A stretch of DNA of 64,000 bases from the human T2T-CHM13v2.0 reference genome, Homo sapiens: the NCBI RefSeq assembly GCF_009914755.1, contig NC_060925.1; one strand, written 5' to 3'. This document shows, piece by piece, positions 33,075-46,759 of this stretch. Below the pieces are notes generated by a model, which was not told the DNA's origin, searched no databases, and was given only the letters and a program-made list of their open reading frames with translations. The position numbers and the translations under genes are program-made. Numbering within the stretch: position 1 is the stretch's first letter; each line of letters starts with the position of its first letter.

Positions 33075-33197
33075 TCAGCATTTTAGTGATCTGTATGGTC
33101 CCTCTATCTGTCAGGGTCCTAGCAGGAAATTGTTGCACTCTCAAAGGATTAAGCAGAAAGAGTTTAATGAAGGGTCTCTTTCCAGGGTTAAGGGAAC

Positions 33198-33949
<752 letters not shown>

Positions 33950-34718
33950 GGAACTAATTAGAAATGGTGATGCACCGAGGGATTGGCACCGACGCTCCCC
34001 AACAGGAACTGAGGCCATGGATAGAAGGACACATTCACGTTATTTTTTTCTAATGGTTAAGTAATTATTTGCTCTTACTCTCAAAATTTCTGCCAAGGCC
34101 TCCCATGGACCAAACTCAACTAGAATCTAGGAAGCAGAGAACCTGAGTGTTGCATTCAGCAGAAGTCAGCTTCCTAGGGAATCTTGCAGGAAGGGTGAAG
34201 GTAGAGAATCTGGTGGGGAAGCAAGCAAATGCCCATCACATGCACTTTCCTCCAACAGAGCGACTCAGATGCTATAAAACTTGCTAACGCAGTCTCAGGG
34301 TCTGATCACAGTAACATACAATCCAGGTTTTAATCATCAGAAATCACAGTCCTATTGTCTTCTGCACAGACCCAAACACACTTGGAGGTCATGTTCAATA
34401 TGAATACCTCACAGAGAAGGAAATTTACACACGAGAAGTACATCTGCAGAAAGCCAGCTGGCATGTCAACCATTCAAAAACTCAGGGTGTTCGGGATAAA
34501 GAAGACTCAGGAAGACAAGTATGAAGCATAATCTGTGACATTCCATGCGGCAGACGTTAGACACATACAAGAGAGTTGTTGGAAAGCGGAATTTATCTTC
34601 ATATAAACAACACTGAGCTAAATCTCAATATTTCAGATCTCTAGAACTATCCATCAGTGAAATGGATTGCAAATAGAAAGAGTAATACCATGTCACTTAA
34701 GAATACAATCATGGATGA

Positions 34719-34737
34719 GGCTGCCACCTGCTGTTGG
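34719..34737 (-). promoter_or_regulatory. CTCF-binding motif
   Basis: Reverse strand CCAACAGCAGGTGGCAGCC closely matches the CTCF core consensus. Confidence 0.65.
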
Positions 34738-37199
34738 GGGCCACTGCAGAAGAAATTCCAGAACACTGGACTGGAGAGCACCTCACTTTCCTTACAGCTC
34801 TAAGTTTCTGACTCAGTGACCTGATTCAGTACCATATACACAAAGACCCACTTACACAAATGACTGTTCTTCACACTAGGCCCATGGAGACAGGGATAAA
34901 ATCCTGAATTTGCTCAGATACCTTCTCCGCTACTGACATCTAGGCATTACACAATTCATCCTTCATATTTAACCTTTGAAGTTTGCTACTTCTCAGAGAG
35001 ACTAATGAGTAGTGAGCAAATATCCTGAAGCTGAGAATGCTTCTACCTCCTCTCAAAACAACGGAATATTCATCAAAACACAGCAGTTCTGCACTTAACT
35101 TTAGGCCTTTTCTAACACCTTGTTTCTTGGCAGTAACTGTGGCCAGAATAGCTCTTTCCACAGATAAAGGACCTTTTGAAAGGATAGGGTCTCTAGATAG
35201 AAAAGCAAATGCCTCATTCCAGAAGGTCTTCAAGAAGAAAATGTTGTGGTGATAACAAACATAACTGATTATAATCTATTCTATGAAAAAAGCTTATGAA
35301 ACAGTAGATGTGTGTATCTAGTACATAAGAGCTGAATGTCAATATATATAGATATATACACACACTCAAATAAATAATAGTTATCTCTAACTAGAGAAAT
35401 TCTAGTTGCCTTATATTTTCTTCTTTTTCCTTACTATATTTTCTACAATAAACATGTGTTTTTAACAAGAAAAGTCTTTTCTGGTGTGCTTTTTAATTTT
35501 CTTTGTTTAAGTGAGAGTGAGGCTACATAACTACATGGCTAGGTAGACTTTTAGAAAACTTGGCTGCTCTAGAAAATTGACATATCCTGATTTCTTCCAT
35601 AGCTTGGATCTTGACCTAGAGGGAAATATAAAAATGTTGACTTGAACCTGAGGGGTGCCATTTTCACTGCTGAAGTAGTTTCATGGATCATGAATTGGAG
35701 AAATGACTTCAGCAACACGGGTGTTAAAAACAGAAAGCACAAGTGACCCACAATAGATGATGGAGAACAAAGAGCAAGCTGGGAAAAGCAGTGGCCTTTA
35801 ATACAGAAAAGAAGAAGTATAGCCACAATAAATATTAGGCAGACAGCAGTTCAGCAGTTTATACTATTAAGCTGTTGTTTAGGGGAATGGTAAACCGACA
35901 TGACCCTTGAGGTAGGTATATATAGGTAAATTCTATGTGTCCCTTGAAATAGGTGTATGACACAACTTCTGGCGTCTACATGGATTTGGTCACTCTAAAG
36001 TAGCCATGAGGCTTAAGATAGTTCAGCTGTTTGGGGATAAGTTAAATCATTTGCCGTTGTCTTTCTGCAATTTGCATATCCTACAGTTATCATTGCCATT
36101 ACTGAACGGCACAGAGAAAAATTCTGGTCTAAAGTGGTTCTCAAACCTGGTTGCTGGAGGGCTACCCTCAGTGATGATGATTTAATCTGTAGAAGAGTAG
36201 AACATTGATAGTTTTTATACATCTCCAGGTAATTTTAATATATAACTGGGGTGAGAATCATTGACATAATTGTAAGAGGATAATATTCAAGAAATGTGGA
36301 GATAAATAATTTTCTTCTCGACATTAAAAAAATCTAATAAAAAGTTTTATCTTTTCCCCTAACTCAGGGTCACCAGCCTTCAAGCTTCAGTCTCTGTGTG
36401 TTCACAGGTGCTGTAAACACACGCATCACTACTAATATCCCACTTCAGTGCTATTGCTGCTCCCAAAACTCCAGGTATTTTTAACCTTATAAACCTCCAG
36501 AATAATGAGACCACTGGGTTCAGTAAATTGCTTTGTTTTGAAGCAGTATTAGACAAAGTGGGAGACTAGAAGATATATCTGTCAATGACATGTCCTTTAA
36601 GACTACTTAGATTTTGTTGAATTTGTGGATCATTCCTTACTTTAGCAAATGGTAAATTAACTCTCTCTTTTCTCTCTCTCTCTAGCTGGCACACTTTTTC
36701 CAGTAGCCATTCTACTTGGTATGCTTACTTATCAGCTGTCCTCCAGGGGCCTCACATTAGATGTTTCTCTTGACTAACCAAACATGACACACAGCTGAAG
36801 TCAGAAAAACCAGATTGATAATTTCACTCAAACTATTTTCCTTCATTCTAACAATTTACTGGAGTACACAATTGTGACTATTTTTAGCCATAGGAACTCA
36901 TAGAAAGACCAACTTCATTAGACCTACAAAATCGAATTGTGTAACAGTATATGCAGTATGTGTAGGAATAAAAAGCATTTCTCAAATATGCAGTACTGGA
37001 TTTTGCAAAAGCACCTTACACTTAGCTATAAAGGAGTGGAAAACACAAAGATGAGTAACTGCACCTTTCAAAAGACTAGAGCTATACCAATAATACAAAG
37101 GTGTAAACAAATAATGATGAGATGACAAAGGCTGAGTGTTTTCTATTTGGAAGCTATGTTGTTGAATTAATATGTATATAATTTCATGCAATCTTCATG

Positions 37200-37500
37200 T
37201 TATGGGGGTGTTCTAATCCACTGTGACTCTGTCCTTAAATAAAAGGGAGATTTGGACATAGAGAGAGGCATACGGGGAGGATGCCATATGAGAATTGACA
37301 CTGTGCTGTCACAAGCCAAGGAACTACTGGAAGGAGAGAAAGAGGACTGGAACAGTTCCTTCCTTAGCACCTTTTCAGGCAGCCTAGCCCTGCCAGCTTC
37401 TTGATCTGGACTTCTCACCTCTAGAATTGTGAGGCAATAAATCTCTGTTGCTTAAGTTACCCAGTTTGTGGTACTTTATTACAGGAGCCCTAGGAAAATA
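37200..37500 (+). mobile_element. MLT1B/C-like MaLR LTR fragment
   Basis: CTAATCCACTGTGACT...CAAGCCAAGGAAC...GGACTTCT..CCTCTAGAATTGTGAGGCAATAAATCTCTGTTG. Confidence 0.75.
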
Positions 37501-38062
37501 ATTCATTATATAATCTGCTAAGGTAGATATGATCATTGTCTCCAATTTCCATATGAAGAAATTTTGCCTCAGGCATTGTGTCAGTTGTCCAAAATCATAC
37601 ATTCCTGACTCACTTCAATGAATTCTTCATTCAGCAAAATTTTTAAGGTACCTTAAAAAAATTATGTTAACTCTTAGGTCCTTGCTTTAAAGCTTCAATG
37701 GGCTTTTCCTTTGCAAAGAATAAAATCCTAATACTTAAGCATAGCTCTCTTTCCTGGCTATGTTTCTGACATCCTCTTGTACCATGCTCCTCCTTAATCA
37801 TTCTGAGGTTACATCTTAAGTCCTTTCCCCTTGCCATTCCCACTTCTTGGAATACTTTCCCATCAACTCTTCAAAGAACTGGCTTCTTTAAGTATTTGGT
37901 CTCAGTTCAAATGTCACTTCCCTGTAAAAGCTTCCTGGCCATCAAGCCTTCTTTACACACTCTATTTTATTTTTTCATGGTTCCTATAACAACCTAATAT
38001 ATTCTCAATTGATTAACTGTTTTGCTGACTACTGCCTTCCATAAGAATGGAAAGAAAACGTG

Positions 38063-38276
38063 GCCAGGTGCAGTGGCTCACACCTGTAATCCCACCACTT
38101 CAGGAGGCTGAGGCAACATGGCAAAACCTTCTCTTCAAAAATTTTTTTAAAAGTTAGCTGGATGTTGTGGAGGCAAGAGGATCACTTGAGGATCACTTGA
38201 GTCCATGAGGTCAAGGCTGCAGTGAGTCATGTTTGCACCACTGCACTCTAGCCTAGGTGACAGAGCTAGTTCCTAT

Positions 38277-38300
<24 letters not shown>
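38063..38300 (+). mobile_element. AluJ with internal deletions
   Basis: Alu head and tail with missing internal blocks; local GAGGATCACTT duplication. Confidence 0.85.
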
Positions 38301-38307
<7 letters not shown>

Positions 38308-39564
38308 GAGAATGCTACATGAGAGAAAGGATCTTATTTATCATGTTCACCTCCCAAGAGGTGAACATATCCCCCAAAGCCTGATAGAGAGAAGATGCTC
38401 ATTAATATTTAATGCATGACCATGTGCAGACTTGGGAGGAAAAATATGCATCAGCCTATCAAAATTGGATCCTTAATAAACAAGGATGCTTCTGCATCAT
38501 TTCCCCACAACACCCAACAAGTGTGGCTCACTGTGGATGTTTAAGCAAATGCATTGTTTTTCCAGTTATATATCTGGTAGAGATGATGCCATTGATAGGA
38601 ATGGGAAGACGATCTCCTTTTATTTTGATGACCCAGCATGGCTGAACGCTCAGTGACTACCACTGCACTTTGTTGTACTTTCAGCATTAGAGATGCCAGC
38701 CCTGTAGGATATAAAACAGGAACATCTAGTCCTCAATTATATTCAGAATTACTCAAGTCTTAGAAGCACCACTTGTCTTTTTTCAAGGGAGAGAAATGCT
38801 TAAGTGATGGGCTGAAGTGAAGGGAGGGAGTCACTCACTTAAACGGTTCCCTTAGGCTGTGTGGATGCAAACAGCATTAGACAATGACACTGACAGTGGG
38901 AAATGCACTGGAGACGATGATTGGCAAAGCCCTCCTTTTCTCCCCATCCACTATAGATACTGACAGCAAAGGGTTTGTCACAATGACAACTATACACTCC
39001 CAATATCACAGAAGAAGGAGGAATAAAAGGGTATATTATGAGTGACTGAAGTTTAGAATAAATTAATAAATATTATGTCCCTCATCCATAGAAACCACAA
39101 AGGTCTAGTAATGCTAAGGATATAACAAGAAAATAATATGAATATTTGCTTCCCCTTCCTAGTGTAATAGAGTAAGTTACAAATGGCTTCAGGAAGGGGA
39201 GAGAGGAAGAAGAGTGGATGAGATACGTAAGAGTGCCTGAGGGCTAATTTTATGAAAGCTTTGGGAAGTTTTAAGAAAAAGAAAAGCTATTTTTCAAGGT
39301 ACATGTGTGTATGCGTGCATGTGTGTGTGTGTGTGTGAAAGACAGAAGAAAGAGGGAGATCTAAGAAGACTATGAGACACTAAGAGAAAAATTAAGGTAA
39401 AAAAGACACACACTTAGAAAAACACACATAGGGAGGAGGGAGGAGGTTAAGACATTTTACTATGTGCTGTGAATGGAAACTACAAACCATTTTTGATATA
39501 TGCAATATATATACATATATACACACATATACATATGTATTTAAAGATTTAAATTACATTTTCT

Positions 39565-39735
39565 CTTTTTTTAGAGATATGGTTTCACTATGTCACTCTG
39601 CCCAGGCTGCAGTACAGTGGTTGTTCACAGTCATGATCATAGCACATTATAGCCTTGAACTCCTGGGCTCAAGCAACCCTCCTGTATTAGTCTCCCCAGT
39701 AGTTGGGATTACTAGCATACGCCACCATGTCCACC
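39565..39735 (-). mobile_element. Alu right monomer (FRAM/AluJ)
   Basis: CATAGCACATTATAGCCTTGAACTCCTGGGCTCAAGC. Confidence 0.8.
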
Positions 39736-39811
39736 TTTATGCTTTTTAAAGTGAAAAACCATACTAAGAATGAGGCAGCTCAACTTAATAATAAAAACAT
39801 TTCGAATGTAA

Positions 39812-40672
39812 AGAAATTTACAAAAGAAAAACAATCAACCCCATTAAAATTGGGCAAAGGGAATGAACAGACACTTTTCAAAAGAATACATGCATGCAGC
39901 CAACAAACATACAAAAAAAAAGTTCAACATCACTGATCATTAGAGAAATGCAAATCAAAACCATAATGAGATACCATCTCACACCAGTCAGAATAGCTAT
40001 CATTAAAAAGTCAAAAAATAACAGATACTAGTGAGGCTATGGAGAAAAGGGAATGCTTATACACTGTTGGTGGGTGTGCAAATCAGTTCAATCATTGTGC
40101 AAAGAATAGTGATTCCTCAAAGAGCTAAAAGCAGAGCTACCATTCGACCCAGTAATCCCACTACTGGGTATATACCCAGATGAATATAAACCATTCTACC
40201 ATAAAGACACATGCATACAAATGTTCATTGCAGCACTGTTCACAATAGCAAAAGTATAGGATCAACCTAAATGCCCATCAATGACAGATTGGATAAAGAA
40301 AATGTGGTACATATACACCATGGAATACTATGCCGCCATTAAAAAATGATATCATGTCTTTTGCTGGAATATGGATGGACCTTCTATTATCCTTAGCAAA
40401 CTAATGCAGGAACAGAAAACCAAATACAGCATACTCTCAGTTATAAGTGGTAGCTAAATGATGAGAACTAATGAACACAAAGAATAAAACAGACACTGGG
40501 GTCTACTTGAGGGTGGAGGGTGAGAAAAGGAAGAGAAGCAGAAAAGATAACTATTGGGTACTAGGTTTAATACCTGGGTGATGAAATAATCTGTACAATA
40601 ACCCCCTGTGACACCAGTTTACCTATGTAACAAATGCCCCTAAACTTAAAATAAAAGTTAAAAAAAAAAAGA
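39812..40672 (+). mobile_element. L1 3' fragment (L1PA13-16-like): ORF2 end, 3'UTR, poly(A)
   Basis: ATGAGATACCATCTCACACCAGTCAGAAT...AATGTGGTACATATACACCATGGAATACTA...AAATAAAAGTTAAAAAA. Confidence 0.9.
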
Positions 40673-40805
40673 AAATTAAAATCTCCTTATCATCTACCTG
40701 ATAATATGAAAAACACATATCTTTCATTCATTCCTTTCAACTGATGAGGAAACTGAGGCATCGGGAGTTAGTAAAAGTCCACATTGAGATATGAGACCCA
40801 CCACT

Positions 40806-41198
<393 letters not shown>

Positions 41199-42431
41199 CT
41201 AATTGTAATAGCTTTGTATTTGAAAAATTATTGATTCATACTCTATATGTTATTATTTTGTATGCGATGACAACAGAAAATATTATCACGCTCCTTTTGT
41301 GAATCTCATTCATAATATAAAGTACAAATTTGTGATTTTGCTTTAATTTGAAATATTAATTTCAAATATGTTATCACAATTTGAGACAAACTATTGACAG
41401 TAAATCTGTGGATTAAGTAATGTCTTAGTAGGTATTGGGAAAATTTGAAACTAGTAACATGGAGGACTATTGTCATTGTTTATTTCAAAGCCAGTTAAAA
41501 TTCTGCAAAGCAGTGTAAATAAAAATAATTTCAAGAAATTTATAAAATACCGAGATTATGGTGTATAAACAACTTTAGATTCTTTGTTTAAGAAATTCTG
41601 CCAGTTTGTAATATATGCTTCATTCAAAGTAGCTAAGGGCTGTACCTGGCTAATAGTAGGCACCTAATATTTGTTGAAAAGGAATACTGAGTAGCTGGGA
41701 CCTCCTGAGTAGCTGGGACCACACACATTTAACCTGTATTTATAAAATTACTGTTTAGAGAATAACATTTGATGGAATCATGCTTTTACTTTCTGCTTAT
41801 GACTCAATTGTTTGTACTGACATTAACATCCCAAATCCTTAGCATGGCCTACAAGGCCCTGAGCAATGTGGCACCTGCTGAAGCCTGCTGCCTCATTTAA
41901 TAACTCTTTGTCTCTTTCCCAGATCCAGCCACTCTAACATTTTTTAGTTCCTGGACCAAGACAAGCTCTTCCCAGAACCTGACCTTTGTACCTGTTCTTT
42001 ATTCCTGGAGTATTTTTCCCCTGACAAATTACTTATCATCTATCATAAATCAGGTTAAATGGCACTAACTCAGGGAAGGCTTCCCTAACTGCCTCCCTTC
42101 TCCAACCAAATTAGGAACAATTATATGGCCACATAGTATCGAATCAAGTTCATAATTTTAAAATAATTGGGAGATTTTGTTGTTTAACACTTGTTTTCAC
42201 TATAAGACTGTAATTACATGCAAGTAAGAACCATGCCTGTTTGTTCACTCCTGCCACAGTCAGAATAGTGCCTGGAATATGCAGTAAGGGCTGAACAAAC
42301 ACTAAATAAATGAACAAGTGAATAAATGGATATTGTCTCATTTTTAGAACAGAATACTAAATGGATCATGAACACTATCTGGTATGTCACGTAGGTAACT
42401 TACAAGGGCTACAATTTCAGCTCAGATTTAC

Positions 42432-42536
42432 CTTTTCCTGGATACAGGTCTTGATAGGTCTCTTGATGTCATTTCACTTCAGATTCTTCTTTAGAAAACT
42501 TGGACAATAGCATTTGCTGTCTTGTCCAAATTGTTA
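42432..42536 (-). ncRNA. 105-bp internal exon of minus-strand chimeric lncRNA
   Basis: Acceptor CTCTCTTGATTCTTAG|TAAC, donor AAG|GTAAAT. Confidence 0.6.
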
Positions 42537-43419
42537 CTAAGAATCAAGAGAGATATCTGACATGAAATGACACTGGAAAACATTAAACACGATTGAAATA
42601 ATGCTAGCCAATATGGTTATTATTAGAAACCAATTACATTTTCAACTTAAAAATAGTAATACTTATTGCAGACTCAAATGTGCTTATTCTAAAACAAGTA
42701 AATGTTTGCCTATGGTCTGAGATTCTAATCCACGGAGTTCATTCTAATCCACATTCAACACTATCATGTACCAGTGGGCCTCATAACCCACCTAGCCCTG
42801 TGATTTTTCAGGTTCACTTTTCTAAACTTGTGAATTAAATATTTATTTTCTTAGTTCAGAAGAGGAAAAAAACTCTTGTAATTGTTGCCCATTTCAGGAG
42901 AAATCTTGCATATGAAAACAAGAGATAAATATACACAACTGAGGGCTGTGGTTTAAACAAAATCTTGAGAATGTTTTTTGACCTTATACATTTGTGCTTT
43001 AGTATAACAAAATGATATAGACAAAGGTAACTTTTAATAGAACCAGTCACTAAATTAAAAAAATGACAAATTCTTCTGCTTAGCTAAGGAACAGAGAAGG
43101 TAAAATACTAATTCAATTCATCAATTTAAGCAATACTCATTAAGAGCCAAGTATGTGCTTACTGAATAAGCTGCTAAGGTTTGGTGGTTACAGAGTGTGC
43201 GGTGAAATGATGTCTACATCACAGTCCAACATTCACAGAGTTTAAAAGCCTACCAAGAATCAAGACAGACACAAATACCTAACATAGACGTTTGTATGTG
43301 ATAAGAGAGCCAGAGTACAATTTAGGAGAAGAAATTGTATGGAAGGAAGGTTCATTTCCATTAGACCAGAAAAGACAGCACATTTGAAGGCCTGAATAAG
43401 AAATATTCTGGATAAGATA

Positions 43420-43860
43420 TTGTGGCTGCTACCAGAATGGCTCTTGATGATCTCTACCTCTTGGTATTTATACCCTTATATAATCTCTTTCCTATAGTAT
43501 AAGCTGGTCCCAGGTACTTGTTTCTATTGAATAGAATAGAACAAAAGTAATGAGATGCCACTTCTGAGATTAGATTATAAGATACTGTGAATTTCATCTT
43601 GTGCCCTCTCCCTCTCTCTCTTTCTCTTGCCCTCTCATTTGAATGAAGCCAACTGGCATGCTGTCAGTGGCCCAGTGTAAGTCCTGTTACAAGAAATTGA
43701 TGATTACCTGTAGCCAACCCTAAGTGAAGAACTGAGGTCCTCAGTCCTACAAATGGAGAGAAACTGAATCTAGCTAAGAACCATGTGAGTGAGCTGGGAA
43801 GAAGATCCACCCTTAGTTGAAATTTAAGATGACATATTGAGCAGACATACTGAGACACAC
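43420..43860 (+). mobile_element. MLT1 (E/F-like) MaLR LTR fragment
   Basis: GATGCCACTTCTGAGATTAGATTATAAG...GAACTGAGGTCCTCAGTCC...AACCATGTGAGTGAGCTGGGAAG. Confidence 0.7.
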
Positions 43861-45289
43861 TGAAAGTAAGAGAGCAGGAGGAAACAAAACCAGGGTCATA
43901 CAAAGAACACAACTGATTTTGAGATTCTCACATAAGTATTACACCTTCAGTGAGCACGTGTACTATAAATTAAAAAAATAAATAAAATAAACCTTCAAAG
44001 AGAGCTAGCAAATAAATTTCCCTATGGTCTCAGCTCTGAGTGGAGAGAGAAAATGTTCCCTGTGGAGTTTATAGCCAGAATCCAGCTCTCAAACAGGTTT
44101 CAGCCTGAACTCACACAATCTGTGTGGCTTCCAAATTTGCAAGCTGAGAATTTAATTCAAAGTGGTCTCAGGTTGATAGCAGTCCAAAATGCTAGGTAGG
44201 AAAAAAAATCCTCTCTGGACAAATAAATCATCAAAGCAAGCTCATAAGAGCAGGTTTCAAAGGTCATGAGCTTCTAACACACACACAAAAATCACACACA
44301 CAAAATGCGGGTAGCAGCAACATGGGTAGCGTATTCAAACTTGAAAAGACTTTAAATATTTGTATTATTAGATGTAGATTATGAAACACATATTTTAATG
44401 TGGTTAATTTTTTTAAGGAATCAAAACTATGAGTAAAGACCAAGAAAATTGTGCTGGATGGCCACTTCCACCATGGCTCCCCTCCTATTTAAGTCTGGGT
44501 ACTGTGTCACCCGAAGTCTTCAGGCACATTGTTCCAGGTTTGGGTTTGCCTATGAAAGAAACTCATGAGAGCTGGAAGTGAGGAGTGAAGAGGAGGTCTT
44601 CACATAAAGCAGGCTTAAGGATTAGACATAGCAGGTTTGACAGATGTGATGGCTTGCAGAATTCTTTATGAGCTCCCACTGTCCATCTGGATAAGATTTA
44701 CAGACCTTTCAGAAATTCCTATAAGCTTGGGTTCTGTGCCCACACTCTAGACTGTCAGGCTAAGATCTCTGATATAAAACAGACCTCTTCTGATTTTGTC
44801 TAGCTGCTTTTCTAATATCTATTCACCAAGCTCTTCCAATAATAGCATAAGGCCCTAATTAATATTAAACTTTTATCATTATAATACATAGGATGTCTTC
44901 TGTTTTCCTGATCAAATTCTGACTACTATTAAAATATAAAGAATTGTCCAGAAATATATAAAAAAAGAATCACACATTGATCTTCTTTAAATGAAAATAT
45001 AAAAATTGTATGGACTAGGATGATTACAGTTGTTCAGTTCTGACTGTTATTTGAAGAAAAAAGCAATAAGAAGCCTCAGCAACTTAACAGAAGGAGCTGC
45101 CATTTACTAGGAGAAAAGATTGTGGATGAGAGTGTAGCAAAGGTCAGAATTCTGTGAAGCTTGAGATGTCTATTATAATGAATTATCTTTTATACTCACT
45201 ACAATTTCCTAACAATTTTGGGGTTTATATTTTTGAAAGAGATATACCTTTAATTTTCTTTCTTTGTACTATTGTTAGGTAACTTTAAT

Positions 45290-45817
45290 GTGCAGATTAT
45301 ACTACAGCGAAAGTTGCCAATGACAAGGCAAAGTCACTTACATCAGACCCAAAGCAAAGTGGAGCCAGGTCATGAAAAAGGGGATCTTGTGTGTGTGTCC
45401 ATGATAAGCACTATCACAAGGACTTTCTATAAACTCACAAGAAATTTCTGCCCACCCAGCACACTCTGTTTGTCCAGCTCATCCTGTAGGTGTCTCTATA
45501 ATAGGACCTATCATAAAAAATTTCTCAAGACTGTAGCATTTCAGATAAGCCACCCTCACAAGAACACTTGCCTAGCAATGGCTGTTTCTGCCAGTAAGTT
45601 AACACCAGCTCCTGCATCAGGCCCTGTGACCAATGATGTTTGTTTCAAAACAGCTTGCATAGACTTCTTTTTGTCTTTAAATATTTTCCTTAACTCAACC
45701 TCTTGGGATGCACCTATGATTGATCATAGCACAAATATCTCAGATTATAATCCTTGTTTATTTCCAAATAAATTTATTTCTTTGGAGATCCACTTTTTCT
45801 GTTATTATACATTGACA
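45290..45817 (+). mobile_element. Probable ERV1 solo LTR (MER34/MER39-like end)
   Basis: AATAAA followed by ...CTGTTATTATACATTGACA terminus; 5' boundary uncertain. Confidence 0.45.
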
Positions 45818-46759
45818 TTGTTATCATGAAATTGGTTGGGTGATGTGTCTTATTTTCTTGTCTCCAGAAGAATTTCTGTAACAGTGCAATTAAACGTTCT
45901 TTGCATGTTTGCTAGAACTCACCTGTAAAATTGTCTGAGCAACCAAAGCCTGGTTTTTGTGTTTAGTTTTTCTTTTGTGATTGGGGAGGGGGGTTTATCA
46001 TACTGACTCAAGGCGTGAAGGTTACATCATTTTGATTTTATACATCTTCTTCAGTCCATTTAAGCATGTTACATAGCGTTGTTTGTTCTTTTCATGATAT
46101 TCTTTACAGTAGTCTCCTAAATGTTCCCTCTGCTTCTGCCATGAGCCCCTACAATCTATTTCAACTCAGAAGCTATAGAGTTTGTTTAAAACATGTAACA
46201 TATTATGCCACCTTTCTTACTGTAAAACATCCCATGGTTTCTTGTAGTATTTATAGTAAAAGTGAGATTTTTATGATGGCTTGAGAAACTTTTCCCATTA
46301 GATGCCCAAGTGCTGGTCTGGTCTGATCTTCTCATCTTCCCTTGGGTGATTCTGTGGCAGTCACACTAGCCTCCTTGCTGCTCCACAAAAACTCCAGCAT
46401 GATCCTACTTCAGGATATTTGCCATTGTTACTGCATCTGCCTGGAACCTTTTCTCCCATATAAACATAGAGATTGCTCTTGCCTGTCCTTCAAGTCTATT
46501 CTTAAATGTCCCATTCTCTGTGAAGCTTTCCTGCCCACCCTATTTAAATTACAGACTTCACTCCCAATTCCCCATCTACTTTAAGAGTCTTCATTTATCA
46601 TTCCTTGACAAACTGTAAATATACATGTTCACTTTTTTATCGTCTGTCTCCAAATACTGGAATGTTAAGTTCTGTAATGTCAGATATTTCTGTTTGGTTC
46701 ACTGGTGTATTCTTAAAGCATGTTACATACTAGGTATACTCAATGAATATTTGTTGAAT

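Noticed and set aside
42498-42532. Small hairpin TTGGACAA...TTGTCCAA in exon D
   Set aside because: Too short for a pre-miRNA; plausible by chance.
45272-45829. 185-aa ORF
   Set aside because: Starts at TTG, lies in a probable LTR, has no recognisable domain.
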